DNA of 64,000 nucleotides from a virus (Duplodnaviria; Caudoviricetes): IMG/VR virus record IMGVR_UViG_3300030106_001122, positions 1,309 to 65,308 of that record; one strand, 5' to 3'. Shown piece by piece: positions 55,212 to 64,000 of this stretch (position 1 is its first letter; each line of letters starts with the position of its first letter). The notes under the pieces were generated by a model. It saw only the letters and a program-made list of their open reading frames with translations, ran no database searches and was not told where the DNA came from. The position numbers and the translations under genes were made by a program.

Positions 55212-57590
55212 TTATTTAGGGTTAAACCTCTCTAAACCAAGGCCTCCTCCTACTACATCATTACCTGATGACTCAAAGTTTTTAAGTGATTGACCTTGTT
55301 TTATTTTTTCTTTTTTTTCTTCACGAACATCTTTACGGTCTTCCATCTGCATGTCCCTTTGGTTTTGTATTCCATTAAGTTTCATGTTAATAAACATTTC
55401 GTGATTCATTAACTCTTTCTTAACATCAGCTTCTTCTCTCAAATAAGCTAATTTCATTTGATTTTTAGTTTGCTCTAACTGCATTTGAATTTGAGCCGCT
55501 TGTTGAGCTTTTTGCATTTCTGCTTGTGCAGCTGCTTGTTGAGCTTCTTGATTTGCTTGAGACTGAGCTTGAATGTTCTGCTGCTGCATAGCTTGATCTC
55601 TTTCAAGTTTTTTCTTTCGTTTTATTTTGAGCAGTTGATTTGCTAACTTAACATTTCTAACATCACGTAAATCTATAGCGTCATCTAAGTCTATTAGTTT
55701 TTGAGCTAACGCTTGTTGTATATTATTTTCAAGAATTTGTTTTTCTTCATCATCTGGCATTAACTCTATAAATATACCAAAGTCATATAAATGCAAGTTA
55801 GACATTTCTTCTAGTGTGGCTACGTTGTGAGCTCCTATTGCCTGTATAAAAGCATTTTTAGTTGGTGAATATTCTATAATATCTGATATTCTAAGAGATA
55901 AAGACTCAGCTGTTTCGGAAGCTATTAATAGCATAGACTGTAATACATGTCTTGTCGCTGTGTTAGAGTTTGCGGCAGCTAGTTTTTGTATACCAACTAA
56001 AGCATTTTTATCTGGCGTTGAAGCGTCTCTAGATTCATTAAGCCCGGTGACATCACGGATCATTTGCAAGTAATAGTTGTAAGTCTGTATTAGACTTTGT
56101 ATTTTATTACCACCTGCCCCATTCTGTATTTGTTGAATAGGTATTTTACCAGGGTTTTGATCACCTTCAGAAGTAAATGATCTACCAATAACCGAACCAG
56201 TTTGGAAGAACATGTTTAAAGCTTCTTGTGGTGAATAGTTAGTTCCGTTACCTAGATCTATCTCAGCTAAACCATCAGCATCCATGTAAACACCATCAGG
56301 CACCATGCGTGATAAAACTTGTTGCAGTTTTAAGTGAGTTAACTGTATCATATCAGCAAACCCAGTTATTCTACTTACTATAGACTCTATCTTACCTTTA
56401 TACATTCTAGGCGCAACAATGCTATAGTTAGTTCTGACCTTTGTAAAGTCAGATTTATTACGCATCATATTAGGTGCCATTTGCCATCTAAGCAGTTTGT
56501 CTGTACCTAAAACTAAAACACCCTCGTATAAGCATTCAACCACTTTTTCTAACTTTGAAAAGTTACCTTCCATATCTGATGGCGGATTAAACGTGTCATC
56601 TTTCTGTATAACTCTTTCAGAGCCGCTACCAGTTTCTTTCAGCTTGTACGTGTTATTCTTGTGAGTTTTAAAGTTGAAGTACAAAACGTCAACCTTGTTA
56701 TTATCTTTGCTATTGTAATTTCTACCGTGACCTTGGTAATTTCTCATAGAACTTTTAGGCCCAGTTACTAGCTCTTTAACTTCCGACTCAGTTAGTTCAG
56801 GAAATTGTTTTACTAACTCGTTTATAGGTATTTCTTTAACTTCACCTACGTAATATATATCCTCAAAATAAGGAGACTCTGTATAAGAATAAACTAAATT
56901 AGCAGGATCAACATATTCAACTTTTGCGCCTTCACTAAAATTAAAGGTAGTTTTAGTAGCGCCTATGCCTATAGTTGTTAAGTCATATAGCGCTCTTCTT
57001 TTTATTAAATCAAATCTACTACCATCCATTAAAACATTTATAGCCTGCTCTTCAGCTAACTCAACAGCTTGCTTATAATCTAGTTGCATATGTAATGCTA
57101 ACTCTTCCTCTGTATCTGGTAATTTCTCAGGATCATTTTCGTAAAGATCCATGTTTAAACTTTTCTTAGCAGCTTCATTAAACTCTCTAGCTCTAATGTC
57201 TCTTAAAACAGACTCCATATATTCTGTTCTTTTACTAACGCCATAAGAGTCTTGAGAGTAAGCCTTGACTTCGTAAGATCTTTGAGCCATACCATTCACT
57301 ACTATATCAACAAATTTAGGTACAATAGGTACTGGCTTCCAGTCTAGGTTTAAATAGCTTAAGTCACCGTTTATAGATAACTCATTTTTGTATTTTTGTA
57401 TTGGTTGTTCTCCTCTAGCGTATAATCTTAAATTATGAAAATTACTTTGCTGCTTGTAGTATCTGTGATTATTACCAGAAAACCACTCGTGCTCTATAGC
57501 TCTAGCAACTTTTAATCCATACTCTGTTGTCATCTTCTCTAGATCGCTAACCGCTTGAGAAGGAAAATTACTTATCGCAGACTCTGCCAT
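55212..57590 (-). CDS. portal protein
   Basis: 792 aa directly after the terminase; LDWKPVPIVPKFVDIVVNG; Q-rich C-terminal coiled-coil barrel. Confidence 0.85.
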   Translation of the reverse strand: MAESAISNFPSQAVSDLEKMTTEYGLKVARAIEHEWFSGNNHRYYKQQSNFHNLRLYARGEQPIQKYKNELSINGDLSYLNLDWKPVPIVPKFVDIVVNGMAQRSYEVKAYSQDSYGVSKRTEYMESVLRDIRAREFNEAAKKSLNMDLYENDPEKLPDTEEELALHMQLDYKQAVELAEEQAINVLMDGSRFDLIKRRALYDLTTIGIGATKTTFNFSEGAKVEYVDPANLVYSYTESPYFEDIYYVGEVKEIPINELVKQFPELTESEVKELVTGPKSSMRNYQGHGRNYNSKDNNKVDVLYFNFKTHKNNTYKLKETGSGSERVIQKDDTFNPPSDMEGNFSKLEKVVECLYEGVLVLGTDKLLRWQMAPNMMRNKSDFTKVRTNYSIVAPRMYKGKIESIVSRITGFADMIQLTHLKLQQVLSRMVPDGVYMDADGLAEIDLGNGTNYSPQEALNMFFQTGSVIGRSFTSEGDQNPGKIPIQQIQNGAGGNKIQSLIQTYNYYLQMIRDVTGLNESRDASTPDKNALVGIQKLAAANSNTATRHVLQSMLLIASETAESLSLRISDIIEYSPTKNAFIQAIGAHNVATLEEMSNLHLYDFGIFIELMPDDEEKQILENNIQQALAQKLIDLDDAIDLRDVRNVKLANQLLKIKRKKKLERDQAMQQQNIQAQSQANQEAQQAAAQAEMQKAQQAAQIQMQLEQTKNQMKLAYLREEADVKKELMNHEMFINMKLNGIQNQRDMQMEDRKDVREEKKEKIKQGQSLKNFESSGNDVVGGGLGLERFNPK

Positions 57591-57593
57591 AAT

Positions 57594-59822
57594 TTATTTT
57601 TTTATAATTGTTGAGTTAAATCCAGTGTTTCTATATTTTGATATTGTTAGGTTTAACGGTTGCTTTTTATATTCAGGGTTTGGTCTATACATGTGTCTGT
57701 TGCAAGCCATAACTGCTAGCCCAGAGCTTATTGAAGCATCATGCTTTGTTCTTTTATTTATATCAAACCTGCTCCAATCGTTTAATGTATCGTTAAAATA
57801 CATAGTGCCATAAGTGCCATCTTCAAGTAAACCCACGTGATCGTTAACGTACATTTCAATAGCGGCTGCATGTGCTTGTTTTATATCTTCACTAGAATTT
57901 GGTATACCACCAACTTCTTTTTCCGCCGTTGAAAGCTTGTTCCAAACTTTATCAGGCCTGTTCATACTAAAACCTCTGTAACCTCTACGTCTTAAATAGT
58001 ATAATAGTCTAGGCTTATTGTTCTCTGCTAATATCGGCATGCCATAAAACACTAATGCCATAAGTACATCTTCAAAAAACAGTTCAGCAGTCTGAGGTCT
58101 AGCTAAGTATTCTAAGAAAAAAGTATTAGCAGGAGCATCTTCCATACTGAACTTAGTTAAACCGTGTAAAGCTCCTTTAGATCCTTTACCATCAACAGTA
58201 CCACTAATATCATAGCTGTCACAACCAAACGCACCCATATGTTCGTTACCTGGGTATTTAATACCGTTCTTCACTATAACGTTATTCTGTACATTTGCGT
58301 TAGGCACCCAGCTAACTTTAAACCTACCATTAGGCGTTGGGTTAAACACCACGCTGGTATCTTTTACTCCATTAACCCATTGAAAGTTACCAGTGTTTAA
58401 AACAGATGAGTTTCTATTACCTTCGTTATAGTCTATCTGTTCGTATATTTTAATTAAATTAAAAAGAGAGTTTTTAGTCTCATCTCTAAATGCGTGTTCT
58501 TCAGATCTAGGAAACTGTCTATAAAATTCATTTAGAGCGTCTTGATCTTCTTTTAAACCGTCAACTTCATTTTCCCAGTAGTCAACAACGCCTACGTCTA
58601 TTAATTCGCCATGTGGGCCTCTTCTTCTGCTACTAGGCGTATCAAATACTGGAAGTCCATACTCGTCAATAAATCCTTCATAGTTCCATTCCATTGGGAT
58701 AAACAAAGAGTATAGACCAGATTTTGTTTGACCATTTCTATTTCTTTTTGTGACATCTGAATCATTATAGAGTTTTTTAAAATTGTCACCACCTTTATCT
58801 AAAGCGTTTGACGTTGATCCCATCATACACTTACCTACTATTCTACCACCCAACCTTAAACAGGTTTTAGTTACTCGCCAGTTGTTTAATATGTTATCAG
58901 GCCTTTCCCATTTACCACTCTCATCGTGTACTAATAAAGAAAGCTTTTCACCATCATAACTGTTGTCACCTGTGTTTTTCCAGTCAATAGTAGTATCAAG
59001 TCCCTGCATGTCATCTTCAACTTCTGTTTCACGCATTTTACGTCGCGTAAACTTCTTAGCAGGTATACGATATGCTAGCTCTGACTTTGGTCTATCCATA
59101 CCATCTTGTATGGGTTTAAAGAAAAAAGGATAATTAATACTTATGGGTACTACCTTATCCGTAAACATTTTCTTTGCATCAGCACCACTTTTAGAAAGCA
59201 CTCCAAATCTACTATCACTTGCAAGAGTGGCTAAGTTAACGGTTTCAGCTGAACTCATAAATGAAAAACCAGAACGTCTGTTTTTTAAATAGCACATGCC
59301 ATAGCAACGTTGATCTGCTTTACAAGCTTCCCAAAATATAAAGAACAGTCTGTTTGCTTCTCTAAAGTCTGGAGCGCCGACGTCAATCTTACTCCATTGT
59401 AAATACATATAGTAACTACCAGGTAGATAAGTTGGTTTACCATTATTCATAAACCAAAAACCGTTTTCTCTTCTATCAAACTCTTGGTCTATGTAAGCGT
59501 AATGCTTTTCTTTAAACTGCTTAGGATAATCCTCCCAATCAAATCTAGTTTTTATTTTCTTAAAAACATCTGGAGTTTCAAACTTTATCCACTTCTGTTC
59601 AGCTTTTTTATTAGACCAGCTAAACACGTTCTTGGGTGTTTTAGGTAAAGCTATTTTTAAACCTTGTATTTCTAATATCTCACCTATTTGACCAGACTTA
59701 GATATAACTACTACATCACTTTCTTTATCGTAACCATACTCCCACTTCTTACCCTTGTTAAGGCGGTTAATGGTGGTTAGTTTTAAAGGTTGTATTACTT
59801 TGTATAAAGACTGCTCGTACAT
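57594..59822 (-). CDS. terL: terminase large subunit
   Basis: Walker A-like KNRRSGFS, Walker B LLVHDESGK, GST motif, nuclease GCDSYD...HDASIS. Confidence 0.9.
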   Translation of the reverse strand: MYEQSLYKVIQPLKLTTINRLNKGKKWEYGYDKESDVVVISKSGQIGEILEIQGLKIALPKTPKNVFSWSNKKAEQKWIKFETPDVFKKIKTRFDWEDYPKQFKEKHYAYIDQEFDRRENGFWFMNNGKPTYLPGSYYMYLQWSKIDVGAPDFREANRLFFIFWEACKADQRCYGMCYLKNRRSGFSFMSSAETVNLATLASDSRFGVLSKSGADAKKMFTDKVVPISINYPFFFKPIQDGMDRPKSELAYRIPAKKFTRRKMRETEVEDDMQGLDTTIDWKNTGDNSYDGEKLSLLVHDESGKWERPDNILNNWRVTKTCLRLGGRIVGKCMMGSTSNALDKGGDNFKKLYNDSDVTKRNRNGQTKSGLYSLFIPMEWNYEGFIDEYGLPVFDTPSSRRRGPHGELIDVGVVDYWENEVDGLKEDQDALNEFYRQFPRSEEHAFRDETKNSLFNLIKIYEQIDYNEGNRNSSVLNTGNFQWVNGVKDTSVVFNPTPNGRFKVSWVPNANVQNNVIVKNGIKYPGNEHMGAFGCDSYDISGTVDGKGSKGALHGLTKFSMEDAPANTFFLEYLARPQTAELFFEDVLMALVFYGMPILAENNKPRLLYYLRRRGYRGFSMNRPDKVWNKLSTAEKEVGGIPNSSEDIKQAHAAAIEMYVNDHVGLLEDGTYGTMYFNDTLNDWSRFDINKRTKHDASISSGLAVMACNRHMYRPNPEYKKQPLNLTISKYRNTGFNSTIIKK

Positions 59823-60103
59823 TACTTACTCCTTCCTTCAGCAAACCCTTGAAACTTGGGCTTACTTTCTTTTGGTTTATCTAAATCCTTTAATATACGC
59901 TCTTCCTCTTCTATTCTTGACAATATTTCAAAAGCATCAAATATAGCTAGCTTTTTAGTTGCTGCTGCATTTTTTAATCTATCGGCAGATATATCATCAT
60001 CAGAATCTACAATCGGCTCTTTAGCGACTTTAATTAACTCTTCTACTGCTCTCCGCCCAGCTTGGATTATACTCTTCTTCGTCTCCTTTGTATTCATATT
60101 CAA
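59822..60103 (-). CDS. putative terminase small subunit
   Basis: Small helical protein immediately upstream of terL. Confidence 0.55.
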   Translation of the reverse strand: MNMNTKETKKSIIQAGRRAVEELIKVAKEPIVDSDDDISADRLKNAAATKKLAIFDAFEILSRIEEEERILKDLDKPKESKPKFQGFAEGRSK

Positions 60104-60632
60104 TTGTAATAAAATTATTCATAACTCTATATAACCTTTCTCCATCCACAACAAACTCAAACTCACTACTAGGTCTAAAACCTACTAACTGTGTAGGTAA
60201 AAAAGTACCGTCAGAGTATTTAACTATACCAACTAACGGTCTTTCTTTTAACGTAGAGTATTTATCTATATTTCTTAAAGGCTTAACAAAGGTATAACCA
60301 CTTGTGCATTCCCACCTAGCATCTTTATACATAAATATTTGATCTGGCCCGGCAAGGTATTCATCTTCGTTTAAAAAACCTCTACTGTTTTTTTCTACAC
60401 CTTTAACGTTATGCCAACGCCTAAATATGTTATGATGAACTATTATTTCTTGACCCTTCTGTAAGTTGTGTACGTTATCAATAGGAGTAGAGACAACAAC
60501 AGCTTTACGATTAATATATCCATGATTAAATATCTCAGTATTAACTATTAAACTTTTGCCATCAGCTACTTCTACAGAATTATTATATCTTCTACCTAAA
60601 GGTTTTATTACATAGTCATATACTGGTCTCAT
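60030..60632 (-). CDS. GroES-like domain protein
   Basis: MRPVYDYVIKP...AVVVSTP...LQKGQEIIV; a second similar half FVKPL...GIVKY...VDGERLYRV. Confidence 0.5.
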   Translation of the reverse strand: MRPVYDYVIKPLGRRYNNSVEVADGKSLIVNTEIFNHGYINRKAVVVSTPIDNVHNLQKGQEIIVHHNIFRRWHNVKGVEKNSRGFLNEDEYLAGPDQIFMYKDARWECTSGYTFVKPLRNIDKYSTLKERPLVGIVKYSDGTFLPTQLVGFRPSSEFEFVVDGERLYRVMNNFITIEYEYKGDEEEYNPSWAESSRRVN

Positions 60633-60883
60633 TAATAGTTAAGATCATATTCGACAGATATTGCCATGTTCTTATTAAAATCTTTCCAAGGTATTACTAT
60701 ATCTTGTTTGCGAATATATATAGAGTACTTTTCTTCTTCTTCTAGTATGTCGCATATTGTGTGACCACCATAGACGTCTTGACCAACTGAATAATGCATT
60801 GAATCATTTTTATAGTCTTTGCCTATAGTGATTTTTCTAATTACGTGGCTGTCCATTTTCAGTGGGATAATTAATAGTACCAT
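60632..60883 (-). CDS. hypothetical protein
   Basis: IRKITIGKDYKNDSMHYSVGQ; true start probably at MDSH (about 60856). Confidence 0.65.
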   Translation of the reverse strand: MVLLIIPLKMDSHVIRKITIGKDYKNDSMHYSVGQDVYGGHTICDILEEEEKYSIYIRKQDIVIPWKDFNKNMAISVEYDLNY

Positions 60884-61121
60884 CAGCTAGGTTTATATCG
60901 AAAGTACCATATTTTTTACTAAATTCACTTTGAGCTTCCGCTATCTGCTTTTGTACACTAGCATGTTTGTGTACTAGCTCGTGCTTCTGAGTTTCAACAG
61001 CTCCTATTTTAAATTGAATAGCATTATTTTGATCTACTATTGCTTGTAGGTTTTTTAACTCTTCCTCAGTAATTTTTTCTGCCTTTGGTTTTAAGTCAAT
61101 AACTTTTTCTTTTGTTGCCAT
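60837..61121 (-). CDS. small coiled-coil protein
   Basis: Heptad-rich; ends KYGTFDINLADG. Confidence 0.65.
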   Translation of the reverse strand: MATKEKVIDLKPKAEKITEEELKNLQAIVDQNNAIQFKIGAVETQKHELVHKHASVQKQIAEAQSEFSKKYGTFDINLADGTINYPTENGQPRN

Positions 61122-61134
61122 AATAAAATTAAAT

Positions 61135-61527
61135 TTACTTTTTTGTTTTTTCTAATGATCGCCCTCCGAAGTAAGCACCAATCACTGTTATTAATACTAA
61201 TTGTAATAAGTCAGTCCATTTTTTCTCTACTTCAAAAGCTATAACACCAGCGTCAATAAATATCATTAACACTGTTGATACAACTAGAAATATGAGAACT
61301 AATGGCCTAACATTCTTCGATAACCAAGAGTCTGACTTCATATCAGCTTCCCATCTGTTGGTTACTTGCTTTTGTAATTCTAACTCATGGTTAGATATTA
61401 ATTCTTTAATCTTTTGTTGAGCTGCTAACTTTTCTTCTTTAGTTGTTGTTAAATTATCTAAAACTCCCCCTACATCTTTAATAAGTTTACCAGCTCCACC
61501 AGAAAGTACTTTTTGTAATATTCCCAT
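61135..61527 (-). CDS. holin (3TM/GTA holin-like)
   Basis: RWEADMKSDSWLSKNVRPLVL, TM helices, GAYFGGRSLEK. Confidence 0.75.
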   Translation of the reverse strand: MGILQKVLSGGAGKLIKDVGGVLDNLTTTKEEKLAAQQKIKELISNHELELQKQVTNRWEADMKSDSWLSKNVRPLVLIFLVVSTVLMIFIDAGVIAFEVEKKWTDLLQLVLITVIGAYFGGRSLEKTKK

Positions 61528-61877
61528 TATTCATTGTCTCTTGCCCTCTTCTCCCAAGGAAAGCTCATACTACCCTCTTCGTGCCATTTACCATTGTACT
61601 TAATCTTACCATCTTTTCTATGATAAGTCTTACCATTATATCTAACGTAGTCATCTCCATAAGACAGCTTACCTGACTTCATGTCTTTAATATGCTGCAT
61701 TTCATGATTAATAACTCTTTTCTCTAGTGCGCTACCTTTCTTAACGGACTTGTCTATATCTATAGATCCGTCGTCATTAGCTTTACCCATAACACCAGTC
61801 TCTAGCTTTTTTCTAAATATAGGTGTGTTTTTAGAGTTTCTAATCTGTCTACGCTCTTTACCTAATTTAAAACCCAT
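61527..61877 (-). CDS. small zincin-like metallopeptidase
   Basis: G.A..DGSI.I...VINHEMQH (HExxH)...PWEKRA. Confidence 0.65.
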   Translation of the reverse strand: MGFKLGKERRQIRNSKNTPIFRKKLETGVMGKANDDGSIDIDKSVKKGSALEKRVINHEMQHIKDMKSGKLSYGDDYVRYNGKTYHRKDGKIKYNGKWHEEGSMSFPWEKRARDNE

Positions 61878-62587
61878 TACGCCATTTGTGATTTTGGTTG
61901 TTTATTTATTTTGTTTGAAGCTTTGTCTTCGTCTTTTGTATATGAGCTAGCTACTTTCTTTTCAACCTTTTTAACACCTTTCTTAGTGGCAGCTTTTTTT
62001 ACAGCTTTACCTACACTAGCTGTTGCGTCTCCAGCGTAATACTCTTTAAAGCCCTCACCTTTACCTTTAAGTACGTCTCCAGCATCTGAAACACTTTTCT
62101 TAACGTAGTCTTTACTTTTAGTAGCTAAGTTCTTAGTCGCGTCTAAAGCTCCTTTTGCTTTAGTTTTAGCTTGAGTACCTTTCTTTATAAGCTTAGCGGC
62201 ATCAGCTGCTTTGTCAATTGTTTTAGCTCCTTTAGCTGCAGCTATACCGGCTTTAGCTAGCTTAGCACCACCAACGGCTAAACCAGCGCCTGGTATAGCA
62301 GCGGCCATGTTTATAGCCATATTAGCCCCATGCTCTTTAACACCAGCCTCATCACCAGTTGCTTTAGCATACGCCGCCCTACCACCTGATAACGCTACGT
62401 TAGCTAAATCAGCAACATTACCCAAACCAGGTACCATACCAGCGGCTGTTAAACCAGTTGAAACATTGTCAAGCACACCACTCCAAGACCAATGTAACGG
62501 CGATGAGTCGTGTTGAGATTTGTTTCGTCTAGAATGTGGTACACCAGCTGAACGAACTGCGTGACCCGCTTTTTTATTATAAGCCAT
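61877..62587 (-). CDS. basic protein with pre-toxin TG-like helical domain
   Basis: LDNVSTGLTAAGMVPGLGNVADLAN...ATGD...AAIPGAG, then a K/A-rich tail. Confidence 0.6.
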   Translation of the reverse strand: MAYNKKAGHAVRSAGVPHSRRNKSQHDSSPLHWSWSGVLDNVSTGLTAAGMVPGLGNVADLANVALSGGRAAYAKATGDEAGVKEHGANMAINMAAAIPGAGLAVGGAKLAKAGIAAAKGAKTIDKAADAAKLIKKGTQAKTKAKGALDATKNLATKSKDYVKKSVSDAGDVLKGKGEGFKEYYAGDATASVGKAVKKAATKKGVKKVEKKVASSYTKDEDKASNKINKQPKSQMA

Positions 62588-63030
62588 TATCTGTCTTTGT
62601 CTTTAATCATATCATCTATAGCCTTATTCATAACTTTATCAGTATATGATTTGTTCTTATAGTAAGGATTTGTTATTGCAACAGGTATATCCTCTTCTCC
62701 AAGTAGAATTCTATATATCCTACTTATCATATGATTACACTTAAATGACGTTTTGTAAACAGCGTACTTCATTGTCGTACGATTTCTCTCTCGCCAAACA
62801 TCTATCCAACCGTTTCTACGTAGCCTCTCCCATCTATGTTTATCCCAAGAGTATGCGTATATCCCATTTATAAATTCATCTCTAGTAAACCTACCTAAAC
62901 AGTTTAAATATATTAAAAGCTCTAAGTCAGCATCTTTTATGTTGTTAGTCTTACATATCCACTTTCTAACTATCCTATAATACTTAAACAGTTGTATTTG
63001 CTTTATGTCATCAGCTGTTATTTTCCTCAT
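62587..63030 (-). CDS. hypothetical protein (possible winged helix)
   Basis: ADLELLIYL...RWERLRRNGWIDVW. Confidence 0.6.
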   Translation of the reverse strand: MRKITADDIKQIQLFKYYRIVRKWICKTNNIKDADLELLIYLNCLGRFTRDEFINGIYAYSWDKHRWERLRRNGWIDVWRERNRTTMKYAVYKTSFKCNHMISRIYRILLGEEDIPVAITNPYYKNKSYTDKVMNKAIDDMIKDKDR

Positions 63031-63283
63031 CTACTAATACTACATCTCTTAAACGTATTACTCTATACATAAAATCTTCGTAAGCTATATCGTGACCAGC
63101 ATGAGCATCGTACATTACTAAAGTGTTTTCTTTAATTACACTAGCCATTTCACCAACAGATACTACTTTAGCCTTTTTATATCTATTATCAGTGTCTGTA
63201 GAGTCTGTAAGTAGAAGACCACCTGACGTAGTCTTCTGCTCTTTTATTTTTTCTACAACTATATAATCATTAACTGCCTTCAT
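63011..63283 (-). CDS. groES: co-chaperonin GroES
   Basis: MKAVNDYIVVE...TTSGGLLL...AKVVSVG...VIRLRDVV; directly follows groEL. Confidence 0.88.
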   Translation of the reverse strand: MKAVNDYIVVEKIKEQKTTSGGLLLTDSTDTDNRYKKAKVVSVGEMASVIKENTLVMYDAHAGHDIAYEDFMYRVIRLRDVVLVDEENNS

Positions 63284-64000
63284 TTACTCTTACATTTGAA
63301 ATTACACAATCAGCTGACATGATAGTCAATGCTACAGACACGGCGTTTTTCAATGCAGTCTTAGTTACGAGCACTGGATCTACAATACCACTATCAACCA
63401 TATTAACACACTTACCGGTTATAGCATCAACACCCACACCGATGTCACAGTCTTCTTTACATGTAAATCCTGAGTTAGCCAATATAGTATCATATGGCGA
63501 TCTTATAGCCTCAAGCAGTATACTACCAGCCTTGCTGGTCAAAATTTTTTCCGATGCGTTAAGTAATGCAACACCTCCGCCCGGGACAATACCTTCTTGC
63601 AATGCTGCTTTAGTAGCATATATAGCGTCTTCAACACGATCTTTCTTTTCTTTAAGTTCAACTTTAGAGTCAGCACCAACCTTGATAACACCTACGCTAC
63701 CAGATAATGTGGCTAACCTATCTTCTAGTTTCTTTTTAATAAAACCATTTTTTTCTTCTGCTATTTTGTTTTTAACCTCTACTATACGTTGCAGAACTTC
63801 GTTAGTAGTACAATCCATAGTTATAGTAGTGCTCTTATCATCAGTAACAGCAAACTCAACTTCGCCTAAATGTTCTGGTGTTATTAAGTCTAGATCATCA
63901 CCTAGCTCTTCATTTATAACAGTACAACCAGTTAGTATAGCCAAATCCTCTATAGCGTCTTTTTTAGTAGGACCAAAACCAGGTGGGTCAATTATATTGA
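63270..64000 (-). CDS. groEL: chaperonin GroEL (5' part beyond the window end)
   Basis: PPGFG (frame open to the window edge), RLATLSGSVGVIKVGA, ELKEKKDRVEDA..ATKAALQEGIVPGGGVAL, GIVDPVLVTKTALKNAVS. Confidence 0.95.
   Translation of the reverse strand, partial: NIIDPPGFGPTKKDAIEDLAILTGCTVINEELGDDLDLITPEHLGEVEFAVTDDKSTTITMDCTTNEVLQRIVEVKNKIAEEKNGFIKKKLEDRLATLSGSVGVIKVGADSKVELKEKKDRVEDAIYATKAALQEGIVPGGGVALLNASEKILTSKAGSILLEAIRSPYDTILANSGFTCKEDCDIGVGVDAITGKCVNMVDSGIVDPVLVTKTALKNAVSVALTIMSADCVISNVRVNEGS

Larger units (their letters stand above)
1..64000. mobile_element. Bacteriophage genome segment (probable Bacteroidota/Flavobacteria-infecting podovirus encoding chaperonins)
   Basis: Terminase, portal, scaffold, capsid, tail and lysis genes on - strand; replication genes on + strand; dense gene packing; no host housekeeping genes and no integrase seen. 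Confidence 0.95.

Noticed and set aside
13614-62516. Short + strand ORFs within the - strand block (e.g. 15683..16051, 22283..22741, 40861..41325, 59856..60134, 62211..62516)
   Set aside because: Antisense shadows fully overlapping structural genes
1-64000. Stop-codon reassignment as in some crAss-like phages
   Set aside because: Long genes translate intact with the standard code, and TAA, TAG and TGA all end genes
1-64000. tRNA or other structured RNA genes, introns, inteins
   Set aside because: Intergenic gaps are under about 110 nt with no cloverleaf seen; terminase, helicase and RNR have normal lengths. Not checked with covariance models
1-64000. Prophage or host-phage junction, suggested by groEL/groES and the T9SS-domain gene
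   Set aside because: These genes are co-oriented and tightly packed with phage genes; GroEL is divergent and lacks the GGM tail; no integrase or host operon is visible

Overview
The whole window is part of a tailed dsDNA phage genome, most likely a podovirus infecting marine Bacteroidota (Flavobacteria). The host call rests on Ala-Gln signal peptides, a type IX secretion (T9SS) sorting domain, and A-rich start contexts without Shine-Dalgarno sites. Two gene blocks converge on a hairpin terminator at about 11.7 kb. The + strand block (1-11.7 kb) holds DNA repair, recombination, replication and nucleotide genes: ATP-dependent ligase, DenV-like glycosylase, sigma factor, ERF, RecE-like nuclease, SSB, primase-helicase, a T4 gp42-like dCMP hydroxymethylase, two MazG-like proteins, an endonuclease and a class II RNR. 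The - strand block (64-11.7 kb) holds GroEL/GroES, holins, terminase, portal, scaffold, major capsid protein, tail proteins, ejection proteins including a 3193-aa multidomain protein, fibers and an M15 endolysin. The most unusual element is a six-gene cassette of envelope-exported proteins (16.1-20.7 kb), headed by a phage-encoded T9SS cargo protein and a predicted outer-membrane beta-barrel. The cargo's Cys-rich GCxDxxAxNY repeats recur at the C-terminus of the large tail protein. Two candidate phage promoter motifs are also visible. All product calls come from motif recognition by eye; no database searches were run.
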